A stretch of DNA of 64,000 nucleotides from NCBI GenBank assembly GCA_002269645.1, contig NIVC01001861.1, forward strand, positions 124,001 through 188,000, read 5' to 3'. Below are positions 1-50,600 of this stretch, in pieces. Position numbers and translations under genes: made by a program. Every line of letters starts with the position of its first letter. Position 1 is the stretch's first letter. The notes below the pieces were generated by a model. That model ran no database searches. It had not been told where the DNA came from and worked only from the letters and a program-made list of their open reading frames with translations. The DNA comes from Macrostomum lignano (lineage: Eukaryota).

Positions 1-960
1 TCATACACGCTTACGTCATGGGCGCTAAGTCATGGGCGCTTAAGTCATGGGCACTTAAGTCATGGGCGCTTAAGTCATGGGCACTTAAGTCATACACGCT
101 TACGTCATGGGCGCTTAAGTCATGGGCGCTTGAGTCATGGGCACTTAAGTCATACACGCTTACGTCATGGGCGCTTAAGTCATGGGCGCTTGAGTCATGG
201 GCACTTAAGTCATGGGCACTTAAGTCATGGGCACTTAAGTCATGGGCACTTAAGTCATGGGCACTTAAGTCATGGGCACTTAAGTCATGGGCGCTTAAGT
301 CATGGGCGCTTAAGTCATGGGCACTTAAGTCATACACGCTTACGTCATGGGCGCTTAAGTCATGGGCGCTTGAGTCATGGGCACTTAAGTCATGGGCACT
401 TAAGTCATGGGCACTTAAGTCATACACGCTTACGTCATGGGCGCTTAAGTCATGGGCGCTTGAGTCATGGGCACTTAAGTCATGGGCACTTAAGTCATAC
501 ACGCTTACGTCATGGGCGCTTAAGTCATGGGCACTTAAGTCATACACGCTTACGTCATGGGCGCTTAAGTCATGGGCACTTAAGTCATGGGCACTTAAGT
601 CATACACGCTTACGTCATGGGCACTAAGTCATGGGCACTTAAGTCATGGGCACTTAAGTCATGGGCACTTAAGTCATGGGCGCTTAAGTCATGGGCACTT
701 AAGTCATACACGCTTACGTCATGGGCGCTTAAGTCATGGGCGCTTGAGTCATGGGCACTTAAGTCATGGGCACTTAAGTCATGGGCACTTAAGTCATACA
801 CGCTTACGTCATGGGCGCTTAAGTCATGGGCACTTAAGTCATACACGCTTACGTCATGGGCGCTTAAGTCATGGGCACTTAAGTCATACACGCTTACGTC
901 ATGGGCACTAAGTCATGGGCACTTAAGTCATGGGCACTTAAGTCATGGGCACTTAAGTCA
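1..960. repeat. 15-bp minisatellite (CATGGGCRCTTAAGT interspersed with CATACACGCTTACGT), runs off the window start
   Basis: Direct tandem periodicity of 15 bp. The overlapping ORFs here are repeat translations. Confidence 0.97.
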
Positions 961-1974
961 TGCGCTGCTTTGGCTAAAAAAAACTCAATATTTTTGCAAC
1001 TATTTTTCGTCAACTTTCGTCAACTTTTCGTCAAAGTAATATTGCTTTTTAAAAAATTGCTGTTCGAATTCATGAAATTGTAAATAAAATCGACTTTTCT
1101 TTCTTGGAAAATCACTAGTTATCGTTCTTCCTGTTGACAAAAAATTGAAATTGAAATACTTGAACTTCCTGTGCCCAAGCATTTCGGAGTGGCTACTTAA
1201 AGTAGCTTCGGACCCTAGACCTTGTCTGTTCAAGAGCAATAAAGGAGTTTATTCGTTATTCGCTGGAACACTGCCATAAATAACCTATACAGATCACTCC
1301 GTAAAGAACAAATAAGGTTATTCTATAGCTATAGTCTATTCAGGCGTGTTTTCACCCTAGCCTACACAATAGACTGCTGCGTACGTGGCTTCGCTTAAAA
1401 AAGGTGCGAAAAACTCGTCACTTTTCCAGCCTCGGGGCGCTTAAGGAGGGGGATTGGGAAGGCGTGGCCTAAAAAGTCATTAGTGGGCGCGATGGACAAT
1501 GGGAGCATTGGAATTCTGGTCCAACTGGTGGCGGATTGCAGATCCCCGCGTATCCCATGCACCCCGCCGTGCATGGTCTCGCATTTGTGGCATTATTAGC
1601 CTTGATAAGGGTCCATAATGGCCTTAGGGGGGTATAACAATTCAAGTTTTTACAGGGGTAATTTAGAACTATATATAATAGTATTGCGGTAAACGTTACC
1701 TCCACAAAATTATTGAACACAATGTTGATTGCAAATGCAAAGAAAAAGCTAATGATTGGCTTGACACGTCTGTGGTTGTAAACGGTTTAATATTCTATTT
1801 AATAATAGATAGTAAATTTTAATCATACTGAATTTACTACTGTGTCCAGTTACTTCACAGGCACACAAAGTTGGATCACAATTCAAAAGAGCTTCGCTTT
1901 TGAACCGCAGACAGAAAGAAGCCTTCAAGCTAGATTGAGCAAAATCCCAGCCACTGAGTAATCTGCCTCACCCC

Positions 1975-2830
1975 TGAACCTCACTTCTGAAACTCAATCC
2001 CGAGCCTCAATCCCGAGCCTCAATCCTGAGCCTCACTTCTGAAACTCAATCCCGAGCCTCAATCCTGAGCCTCAATCCCGAGCCTCAATCCTGAGCCTCA
2101 ATCCTGAGCCTCAATCCTAAGCCTCAATCCTGAGCCTCAATCCTAAGCCTCAATCCTGAGCCTCAATCCCGAGCCTCAATCCTGAGCCTCAATCCCGAGC
2201 CTCAATCCCGAGCCTCAATCCTGAGCCTCAATCCTGAGCCTCAATCCCGAGCCTCAATCCTGAGCCTCAATCCTGAGCCTCAATCCTGAGCCTCAATCCT
2301 GAACCTCAATCCTGAGCCTCAATCCCGAGCCTCAATCCCGAGCCTCAATCCCGAGCCTCAATCCTAAGTCTCAATCCTAAGCCTCAATCCTAAGCCTCAA
2401 TCCTGAGCCTCAATCCCGAGCCTCAATCCTGAGCCTCAATCCCGAGCCTCAATCCCGAGCCTCAATCCCGAGCCTCAATCCCGAGCCTCAATCCTGAGCC
2501 TCAATCCCGAGCCTCAATCCCGAGCCTCAATCCCGAGCCTCAATCCTGAGCCTCAATCCCGAGCCTCAATCCTGAGCCTCAATCCTGAGCCTCAATCCTG
2601 AGCCTCAATCCTGAGCCTCAATCCCGAGCCTCAATCCTGAGCCTCAATCCTGAGCCTCAATCCCGAGCCTCAATCCTGAGCCTCAATCATGAACCTCAAT
2701 CCTGAGCCTCAATCCTGAACCTCACTTCTGAACTCTCAATCCTGAACCTCAATCCTGAACCTCACTCCTTAACCTCAATCCTGAACCTCAATCCTGAACC
2801 TCAAACCTGAACCTCACTCCTGAACCTTAC
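1975..2830. repeat. 13-bp minisatellite (CCTCAATCCYGAG)
   Basis: Direct tandem periodicity with degenerate ends. Confidence 0.96.
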
Positions 2831-3344
2831 TTCTTAAACTCGCCCCTGAGCAAGCTGACCCCTAACTCGCCTAAACCTTGCACCTGAACCTCGCTTGCTT
2901 GGCAAATACATGAGAAAAGACATCAAAATAAACATATATTTATCCAATGTTTGCTTGAAGCTTGAAGCTTTGCTTGATTATATCAGTAATATAATATAAA
3001 GTACCAAAAACAGCCTTTGACTGACCCAGGACATTCACCACTGACACTGACGCAGCCCTCTCTTTGCGTCAACTCAAGCTCCTTTGATAGCGGAGCTTTT
3101 GCGTCTCTGTGCAGCGTGTTTGAGTCCGAATGCGCCGAAAGCAAGAGGCGCGGCAGCTCGCATTCGTCATTGCCAGTCAGGCTGATTGGGTGCGGCAGGC
3201 TGCCCCACTGGGGGAGCGGCGGCGCAGCGCCCGGCCGCTCGGGTTGGCCGCGAGCGAAGCCGGCGAAACCAGGGCGGGGGGGAGGGGGCCGCCCAACCTA
3301 CCCGCCCCTCCCCCAGAGCCGGGGTGGCGGCCGAGCTGGCGGCA

Positions 3345-3440
3345 TAATTGACTTAATGCCCCGTTCGAATTGCAGCAAGGCGAGGAAAGGCGAGGAGAGA
3401 CGAGGAGAAAGAGAGAGAGGCGCGGACTCTAATTCACTTA
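3345..3440 (+). promoter_or_regulatory. Two P3-like paired-homeodomain dimer sites (TAATTGACTTA 3345-3355; TAATTCACTTA 3430-3440) upstream of the Prop ATG
   Basis: Each differs from the TAAT-N3-ATTA palindrome at one position. They lie in a GC-rich region with a reverse CCAAT box (CTGATTGG ~3182). Confidence 0.35.
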
Positions 3441-3457
3441 GCAAGCCACTACACAGC

Positions 3458-13808
<10,351 letters not shown>

Positions 13809-14641
13809 ATAATCTGGACCGAGCAGCATAGCGCGGATTGAAAATTCGAATTCGCCTGCACGAGCCAGTGCAGGCCTGATCGAGCCGAAGACCCCCCTCC
13901 CAATTAGAAATTGCATCTTTCTGAACAAATCCTGAGCTGCACCCCAATTTGCTTACCAATGTGACCGTCACACCTCAATTGGAGTTATTGTGAAACTCTG
14001 CATAATCACCGTTTTGTTCTGTTTCTGACTTAAATGAACCAAAAATCTATAGTAAATTCTTGTTGTGTCAACTGGCAAGAGAGACCCAACCTAACATTTC
14101 GAATCCCCTCTGCAAATTCAACTTCAATGTGTTCATATTGCTACTTGGTGAGTAATACAGCTAGTGCAGGGCTACAATACATCATTTGTACCAAAATATC
14201 CACAAGTTCACGGGCCGAGGTTAAGAAAAAAAATTCTGTAGTTAAGCTGAACCTCCTACTATGTAGTAAGTAGTGTAAATTTTATTTGTAAATGCGACGC
14301 TTTCTCCCCAAAGTTGGCATCTCCGCACAAAATGTGAAAACATCAGTGTTTTTGATAGCACAAAATATTTATCGTTGATGTTAACATTCTAAATGCTTAT
14401 ATAATCCCTCTTATGTACTCACGGTGTACATTGTAGTCACATGCGATACTTCAGCTCCTGTTTGATGGACCGACACAGTCGCGGTGTTAACAAATACAGT
14501 TAAGCACTAATACTATAATACTGCTTATTGATTGCAAACCATTTTAAAATTTATTTCGTTACGACTTACGATGACTTTCAAATGCTTATTTTATGCCCAT
14601 GGCAACTGTCTCCATGATATGGCAACTCTGTCTCCATGACA

Positions 14642-14672
<31 letters not shown>

Positions 14673-14914
14673 CTTCAAGCTTTCATAGCGTATGAGTTAC
14701 CTCATTATAGTTAGCCTAAGCGTGTTGAAACGGGATGAAACGCAGGGCGGGCAGCCCGCCCGCTGCAATTGTCTCAGCAAAATGCTTATTAACAGTTGCT
14801 ATTTTTAATTCACAAAATAAGGAGTTTTGGCCATAGATAGTTTCTTAGATTTCATTCTTTCTTTCTTTCTTTCTCTAGAGTTCAGCGCTCCCTTGACACC
14901 GCTGTCTTCTGACT

Positions 14915-15858
14915 TTGCCATAGACATTTTCAGCGGGCCCTGAAACCGACTGAATGCATTGGAGTAAATGGGATTTTACCATAGACATTTTCAGCGGGCC
15001 CTGAAACTGACTGAATGCATTGGAGTAAATGGGATTTTACCATAGACAGTCTCAGCGGACCGTGAAACCGACTGAATGCATTGGAGTAAATGGGATTTTA
15101 CCATAGACAGTCTCAGCGGGCACTGAAACCGACTGAATGCATTGGAGTAAATGGGATTTTACCATAGACAGTCTCAGCGGACCGTGAAACCGACTGAATG
15201 CTTTGGAGTAAATGGGATTTTACCATAGACAGTCTCAGCGGACCGTGAAACCGACTGAATGCATTGGAGTAAATGGGATTTTACCATAGACAGTCTCAGC
15301 GGGCACTGAAACCGACTGAATGCATTGGAGTAAATGGGATTTTACCATAGACAGTCTCAGCGGGCACTGAAACCGACTGAATGCATTGGAGTAAATGGGA
15401 TTTTACCATAGACAGTCTCAGCGGACCGTGAAACCGACTGAATGCATTGGAGTAAATGGGATTTTACCATAGACAGTCTCAGCGGGCACTGAAACCGACT
15501 GAATGCATTGGAGTAAATGGGATTTTACCATAGACAGTCTCAGCGGGCACTGAAACCGACTGAATGCATTGGAGTAAATGGGATTTTACCATAGACAGTC
15601 TCAGCGGACCGTGAAACCGACTGAATGCATTGGAGTAAATGGGATTTTACCATAGACAGTCTCAGCGGGCACTGAAACCGACTGAATGCATTGGAGTAAA
15701 TGGGATTTTACCATAGACAGTCTCAGCGGGCACTGAAACCGACTGAATGCATTGGAGTAAATGGGATTTTACCATAGACAGTCTCAGCGGACCGTGAAAC
15801 CGACTGAATGCATTGGAGTAAATGGGATTTTACCATAGACAGTCTCAGCGGGCCGTGA
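14915..15858. repeat. 61-bp minisatellite, ~15 units
   Basis: CCATAGACAG recurs at 15040, 15101 and onward (period 61). Confidence 0.96.
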
Positions 15859-16745
15859 GACGCGGTTTCTCGCCCGCTAACTGTAACACTAATATGGATG
15901 GGCTGCATCAAGCCGAAACGAGCTAACACGCCTGAATAATAATATCATTCATCCATGCCTCTGCAGCCCATCAATATTGGTATATTACACAAAAGTCAAA
16001 AAAGACGTCAACCAGAAATCAGCAAAATGATTTGTATATTGCGCAGGCAATCAAGCAGAGGCCTGCACTCTCTGATTTGCCTACGAGAGCAAGGATGAAG
16101 ATAACGCAAACAATGTCAACAATTTTATTTGCCAGGGAAAGTGAAACTGAGTAACCATTTTAGTGATATGCCGCGCGAATTAAAACAATTGAAAATAATA
16201 AAAAAACTGTCAAAAATGTTCGCTAACAAGTTTAAGAAACGAATTTTCAACAGCGCAAATTTACATATGCGATTTGCTATTTTTCTCTTGTCTAAGTTCG
16301 AATCTACGGTTAGAGTGTAAGCGCTTGCCATTATGGTCCCCGCATTCATTTATTGCAAAAGCGAAAAGGGAGATCGGAATTTTTAAGGGCGAAAAAAGTT
16401 GCTGCAGAAATGACAGCGAAAAAGCAAGCAAAGTATCCTTTTTACCATGCAGAAGTTGCTAACAAAGAAGAGAAAACAGCTTAAAGACAGGCAAATGCTT
16501 CTCTCCCTCTAGAAGAGAAGCAATCAAAGGAAGATAGCTGCGCGTCATGTTATTGCTTTGGGAAATAAGGGGGGGCAAAGCAAAAATGAGCAGGTAATAA
16601 GGCAAATACTAGCAAGTTTCGAGAAGTTTTAGGACAAACAATCTAAAGGTAAGAAATTAATTAGGTCATGATGCGAATTGATGGGTATGGGGCCCTGGAA
16701 AGCGTGCGTGTAACTGATAAAAGTTGATCCGGGAAAAGCGCGTAC

Positions 16746-17408
16746 GAGAGGCACATTGAGGGCAGGGGTTGGTTGGGGAAACAGGCGTACATTGAGGGCA
16801 GGGGTTGGTTGGGGAAACAGGCGTACATTGAGGGCAGGGGTTGGTTGGGGAAACAGGCGTACATTGAGGCCAGGGGTTGGTTGGGGAAACAGGCGTACAT
16901 TGAGGGCAGGGGTTGGTTGGGGAAACAGGCGTACATTGAGGGCAGGGGTTGGTTGGGGAAACAGGCGTACATTGAGGGCAGGGGTTGGTTGGGGAAACAG
17001 GCGTACATTGAGGCCAGGGGTTGGTTGGGGAAACAGGCGTACATTGAGGCCAGGGGTTGGTTGGGGAAACAGGCGTACATTGAGGCCAGGGGTTGGTTGG
17101 GGAAACAGGCGTACATTGAGGGCAGGGGTTGGTCGGGGAAACAGGCGTACATTGAGGAGGGGCAGGGGTTGGTCGGGGAAACAGGCGTACATTGAGGAGG
17201 GGCAGGGGTTGGTCGGGGAAACAGGCGTACATTGAGGGCAGGGGTTGGTCGGGGAAACAGGCGTACACTGAGGGGCAGGGGTTGGTCGGGGAAACAGGCG
17301 TACATTGAGGGGCAGGGGTTGGTCGGGGAAACAGGCGTACACTGAGGGGCAGGGGTTGGTCGGGGAAACAGGCGTACATTGAGGGGCAAGGGTTGGTCGG
17401 GGAAACAC
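16746..17408. repeat. 36-bp G-rich minisatellite (TACATTGAGGGCAGGGGTTGGTTGGGGAAACAGGCG) within the donor segment 16627-17560
   Basis: Tandem periodicity. The same array with the same unique flanks recurs four times at 29267-34804. Confidence 0.96.
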
Positions 17409-18149
17409 GCTTTGAAGAGTAAGGGCTCCGGGTTGATCAGAGTTTTAACATTTAACAGTGAGAAAACTTCATATTAAAACGTACAGAAAGGATGACATAT
17501 TAACAAAAAGACGATTAGCTAACGATTGAAACAATGTTATTAACGAAGTACAGGTAATAAACCGATGCAATATTGCAATATAAAAAACAGCGTCATTGCA
17601 CTTGCTATTTTTACAAGTTATTCAAACAATGTAAGCATAAAAAACGGAATGTTTTAATAGCAAATAGTATTTTGCACACTATCGCATCTAAATTCAGTGT
17701 ACTAAAAATGATTTCACATCTAAGACTAAAGATTTAATAAATCGTTAAGCTTAAGCCATATCACACAAATATCAAATAACAACAGCTGATAGAACAAGGA
17801 ATGTTGGGTATTGACAAAAGTAAAAGAAAGCAAAAAGCCGGCTAAGTAAACAATAAATATTCTCACTATAAGTTCAGATGTTTAAAAACATTAAAAAGGC
17901 ACAATGCAGCCAAATAAATAAAATATCAATTAGGACCATACCGATTTAGATGGAATCATCACAAAGTTTTCTGTCTGTATGTAAATAGACTCTGTAGTTA
18001 AAAACTTTGTTAAATTGCACAGTGCAGACGAGAGAGCGCTGTTTCGTATTGCAAGAAAAATGATAGGATAAAAGTATAAAGCAAAAAAGATAAAATGGTC
18101 GAAAAACTTGTACAATTTAACGATCTAGGAGGAAGGGCTTATTAAGAGA

Positions 18150-18510
18150 GCGGGAGTACATTAAGGCAGAGTTGATAAGGGAGCGGCGAGCGGGTGTACA
18201 TTAAGGCAGAGTTGATAAGGGAGCGCCGAGCGGGTGTACATTGGGGTAGAGTTGATAAGGGAGCGGCGAGCGGGTGTACATTGGGGTAGAGTTGATAAGG
18301 GAGCGGCGAGCGGGTGTACATTGGGGTAGAGTTGATAAGGGAGCGGCGGGCGGGTGTACATTGGGGTAGAGTTAGTAAGGGAGCGGTGAGCGGGTGTACA
18401 TTGGGGTAGAGTTGATAAGGGAGCGGCGAGCGGGTGCACATTGGGGCAGAGTTGATAAGGGAGCGGCAAGCGGGTGTACATTGGGGTAGAGTGAATAAGG
18501 GAGAGCAGGT
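18150..18510. repeat. 40-bp minisatellite (GGGTGTACATTGGGGTAGAGTTGATAAGGGAGCGGCGAGC)
   Basis: Tandem periodicity. Confidence 0.94.
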
Positions 18511-18951
18511 GCACAATAAGTCAAGACTGAAGACTGCACTACGGTGACTTTCAATGTAATTAAAAAATGAAAAAGACAATATCACTTAGTCCTTTCTACG
18601 TCGTAGTTGCACAATCAGTTGAATCATCACATGTTTGCAAAACATTATGTAAAATGGCAATACTTGCGAAAAAATTTGTTGATCGTATGCGACTTTTAAT
18701 AATATTGCATATTACACACAGCGAATTGCGTAAAAATGAATAGAATAAAATCTTAACAGGAAAAGAGTGGCGATAAACTTATTAAACAGATTTTCCAGCG
18801 CCAACTAAAATATTGCAAAACAATAATATTTATACAACAAAACGCGACATAAAGTATAATTTAGTGGACTGGATTTCCGTCACTTGTTTGCACGCTAAAA
18901 AAAAAGTAGGAGAAAAATAATCGGAATATGTTGCAGTTTCAAGGCGACATC

Positions 18952-45430
<26,479 letters not shown>

Positions 45431-47668
45431 GATTGAGTTATAGTGATGTCTGAAATTGTAAGATTTTTACATTGAGTTTTTTTACAAATAAATTTATCAA
45501 AAAAAACTGCTTGCAGTGCTTGGCACTGCTCTGGCACTGTATCAGAAGTAGGCTTAATGTACTAAAGATCCAAGCTCAATATCAAAAAAGAGAGCTGCAT
45601 TTTAAGAAACGCTAACTACTTCAGAATATTTTAAGATTTTAATAATTTGCCTTTTATTTTTAACCCTTTCTCAAAAAAACTAATAATTACTAGCAGTGCT
45701 CATAAAATTAAAGCCAAAATGCAGCAACTAATATCAGTTGCTTTAGGCTGCAATCAAAAACAAATTGTAAAAGGGTGTATTGGCTTTTAATAATTTAATA
45801 TAAAAAAATACATTCAAGTCATTATATATTTAAAGTAGATTGTAACTTTAAATTGTGGATTTATCAAGTGTGTTTTAATATTTTAGTATTATACTGCTTA
45901 GCTATAGTTACTTGCCAATTACTATCTTTTGAATCAATATCTCCTGAATTACCAGAGTCTAGAATAAATTGCATTTCTGGCACATAGCCTAAAAACAATT
46001 AAAATTGAAGAAAAAAGCTAAAAATATACATAGGAAATTCTATGGTATTCTATAACTAACCAGAAATTTCAGCACTAACTAAGATTATATTGAGTAACTT
46101 TAAAATATTTCATATAGATAATTACTGATTACACAAAAAATTAAAAAATTAAGCATATATAAACCTAAACAAACTTAAAATGATTTATTCACTATCAAAA
46201 TGTATCGGAACTTATATCATCCAATTCTAGAACAGATTATACCCAATTCGTATAATATAGCATTAATTGGTATGTAGAAATGAGCATTAGATACAATAAT
46301 AACTATATGATTGATTCAATTTCTAACTTCTTAGAATTAGTAGTACAAAAACTAGGAAAAAAGACCCCAGAGGCAAAATAAAAAACGAATTGTCTTTGAG
46401 AAATCATACCATAAAAATATAAACTATAAATACAAATTATTTATTTTTTACAAATTTTTAAAGCTAACGCCCTTTTGCAAAAGTTGACCAAGCTCGCCAC
46501 GAAAATAAAATAGGAAATTGATCTGCTCAAATTTTTAACTGACTCATGCCACTAATTAAAAAAATAACGGTAAGAACTTGTCCAATATCTAATATATTTC
46601 ATGATTAATACGATTCTGTAAGTTTTCTTTTGGTTAAAAATTATTTACTAATTGTTTTTGTTGTAACGCTTAAGTCTATTGTAAATAAATTTCTCTGTAG
46701 TTTTAATTCTAACAGAAGCCTACATTTTCTATCCCAAATTTTGACTTCTATCATCGGCAGTCAATATTACCATACCATACCATACAATATATTTAACATA
46801 AATATAGTTAAAAGCATCTAACACGTACTTTTATGCCAAGAACTATAAGTGTAAAATAAAGAACTATTATAAAGCATACAAAATGTTACAAAGCAATTGG
46901 ATAAAAACATAGTTTTGAGCTTTGTCAGTTTTGTTCTTACATGAATAGGTTGAGTGAACTGACTATTTTGATTAGTTTTATTATTATAGAGTGAATTTCT
47001 TGCAAGCTTAATTCGCTTTCTCCAGGATTGTGCGCTAATTTAGTTTATCATCTAATCCATGGTATCTATTTGCTTGTAAGCTAGAACTTCTATGGCTATG
47101 TAAATGAAAGTATTCAAAAACATTGTAAGGAAATTTTGTGTAATGTAAGGATATTACTGAACAATACTGAACACTAGCATACTTCCATTGATATAACCTT
47201 GAATTTTCTAGAAATCTAAATATTACACACATTTCAACATTCTTTAAAATGATATAATAAAATTTCTAATTCGTATTCGAAGAACAATTTAGGTACTTTT
47301 AATAGTTTACTAAAATTTCGAGCCTTAAAAAGCATAGTGACTAAAAATCCAGAAAAAATTAATTTAATTTTTTGCTTTTATGATTTTTTAGGCATTCGAT
47401 CACTCTCTTGTCTGACAAGTTAATTTTTTGTAGTCTTTAGGCAACTATTTAGTGTAGTGGACAGCTATTGTCAGTGCAGTTAGCTAAATATGTATGGCTG
47501 AATTACTAACCGTATGTACCCTATGTACTAAGCAGATAGTACATTTTAATAACCAGCTTATAAGTTTATCGAACTTGAAAAATTGTAGTTCCTCAGCCAG
47601 CAGTGCGCACAAGTTAATTGCGCTGGCACGTGACCAGCCCGTGTCCTCCAACAGAAGCTCCGTCAAGC

Positions 47669-50600
47669 ATGGACACGCCGCTTCGCTCGGTGATTGTCAT
47701 CACTGAGAAATTCCGCGCTATCTCCTCGGTTGAGCACGCTGTACTCAACAATACGCAGATTGTTGTGGCGCCGCACGACCGCGGCCTTCAGGGCCTCACA
47801 AATGCGATTTCAGCTGCGCTGAAAGGCCGCAAAGCTAACAATATCGCTTTCATATTCAACAGTACATTGAACTCGGTGCAGATCTGCCTCGAGGAGGACC
47901 AGCGGCTCTGCCTGTTCAACTTGGAGAGCGTGAAAACTTGTTTCGAGTTGCGCAACTTTTTCCTATACGTTTCGTCGGCCTTTCTCACCCAGGAGCTCGG
48001 CAGCAAGAGGGTGGACTTTCTGGCCTGCAGCAATGCGGGCACCCAGGAGGCTCAGGTGAGAGGATAAACAGCTGACAGGTTGAAATCGTCTTTCTCGAAT
48101 CGAACTTTCATATGCTCTAAACTTACAACGCGTGTGAGAGATTCAATTTAGACTACTGAGAAAAGTAGAAAAATAAAGATTTAAATCGTAAAATCTCTCA
48201 CACAGCCCGAAAAATGTCGACATAAAATTTCGTCTATGGCATGCTTAGCTTAGGTTAGCTTAGTAACTCCATCTATCATCCGGCTCACCACTCCGACTCC
48301 CCATCCGCTTTCTCATTAGGCGCTGCTGCAGGAGCTCCGCTCCCTCCTGGGCTCCGATATTGAGGTGTCACTGTCGCGCGAGCTCTGGGGCCTGGACGTA
48401 ATCATTCAGCGTAACATTGACGAACGCGGTCGCAACTACCGAGTTGGCGACGTCTATTACAAGCCGGACAAGCTGCGCACCCTCACAGCCAGCAGCGGGC
48501 AGAGTTTGGCCGGCTTCGAAAAAATTCGCATAGTCGGCAAAGGAGCCTACGGCACGGCGGTGCTTTATAGGAAAAAGGACGACGATTCGCTGGTTATTCT
48601 AAAGGAGATCAATATGCATGACTTAACGGCGCAGGAGAGACTGCTCTGTCTTAACGAGATCAAGGTAAGCTAAGCTATGCTGTATTGTACATTTCCTGGT
48701 GAGGAATGGGTGTGCTGGCGCTTTGCCTGGAACTGCTGTACATTGGTGAGGAATGGGCGTGTTGGCGCTTTGCCTAGAACTGCTGTACATTGGTGAGGAA
48801 TGGGTGTGTTGGCGCTTTGCCTGGAACTGCTGTACATTGGTGAGGAATGGGCGTGTTGGCGCTTTGCCTGGAACTAGTGTACATTGGTGAGGAATGGGTG
48901 TGTTGGCGCTTTGCCTGGAACTGCTGTAAATTGGTGAGGAATGGGTGTGTTGGCGCTTTGCCTAGAACTGCTGTACATTGGTGAGGAATGGGTGTGTTGG
49001 CGCTTTGCCTGGAACTGCTGTACATTGGTGAGGAATGGGTGTGTTGGCGTTTTGCCTAGAACTACTGTACATTGGTGAGGAATGGGTGTGCTGGCGCTTT
49101 GCCTGGAACTGCTGTACATTGGTGAGGAATGGGTGTGCTGGCGCTTTGCCTGGAACTAGTGTACATTGGTGAGGAATGGGTATGTTGGCGCTTTGCCTGG
49201 AACTGCTGTACATTGGTGAGGAATGGGTATGTTGGCGCTTTGCCTGGAACTGCTGTACATTGGTGAGGAATGGGTGTGTTGGCGCTTTGCCTAGAACTAC
49301 TGTACATTGGTGAGGAATGGGGTGTTCGTGCTTTGCCTGGAACTACTAATGTAGGGGGTTGGCACTTGGTCTGGACCTGCTGTAGATTCGTGTTTATTGT
49401 CTTGGAATGGAAATCGAAGCTGGCAATCGCCCAATGCCGTCCATTATTTAAGCTCACAGCACTGCTGGCACAATAAGCATTTTTAACCGCCTCCTCAGGT
49501 GCTGTCAATGCTGGACCACCCGAACATCATCGGCTATTTTGACAGCTTCGAAGAGGACGGCGTGCTGCTGATCGAGATGGAATATGCGGACGGCGGCACC
49601 CTCGCCCAGTACCTGTCCGACTGTCGCGAGCCGCTAAGCGAAAAGGACGCTCTGTACTATTTTCAGCAGATTGTTTCCGCGATTCACCATTTTCACTCTC
49701 ACAAGATTCTGCATCGTGACCTCAAGACGGCTAATATTTTTCTTACTAAAGACAATATTGTTAAGGTGGGTGCCTGTGGCCTTTTATTAATTATTAGATA
49801 TCATTTTCTGGCAAGATCAATCTAGATCCTCAGTTGCTGGACCAGCCTCCCAGAGTGTCAGTTGCTGGGCCAGCCTCCCAGATCCTCAGTTGCTGGGCCA
49901 GCCTCCCAGATCCTCAGTTGCTGGGCCAGCCTCCCAGATCCTCAGTTGCTGGGCCAGCCTCCCAGATCCTCAGTTGCTGGGCCAGCCTCCCAGTGCCTCA
50001 GTTGCTGGGCCAGCCTCCCAGAGTGTCAGTTGCTAGGCCAGCCTCCCAGATCCTCAGTTGCTAGGCCAGCCTCCCAGATCCTCAGTTGCTGGGCCAGCCT
50101 CCCAGATCCTTAGTTGCTGGGCCAGCCTCCAAGATCCTCAGTTGCTGGACCACCCCTCCTCCCAGCTCCCACCCGACCCAAGCAGCCAGCCAGCCAGATT
50201 AAAACTGCTTAAACAGCACCAAACAGAACTGAACGGCACTGAACAGGTGGGCGACTTCGGCATCGCCAAGATGATGTCAACTAGCAGGCACGCGGCATCC
50301 ACCGTGCTCGGCACTCCCTACTATCTGTCGCCGGAGATGTGCGAAGGCAAAGAGTACAACGAGAAAAGCGACATCTGGGCGCTCGGCTGCGTGCTGTACG
50401 AAATCGCCTGCCAGCAGAAGACATTCGAAGGCTCGAATCTGCCAGCTCTGGTCAACAAGATCATGAAAGGCCAGTTCGCGCCAGTCAAAGGCAACTACAG
50501 CCAGGAGTTCAAGGAGCTGGTGGCCAAGATGCTGCTCAATAAAGAGCCTGAGAAGCGGCCTACAGCGGCGGACTTGCTGTACAAGCTGCTGCCGCCGCTG

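Noticed and set aside
1469-1720. 83-aa Cys-containing ORF with a hydrophobic N-terminus
   Set aside because: No recognisable family, mixed composition and no splice or context support.
3017-3457. ORF extension upstream of the Prop ATG (TTG start at 3017)
   Set aside because: Non-ATG start across a GC-rich promoter/5' UTR; the ATG at 3458 is more plausible.
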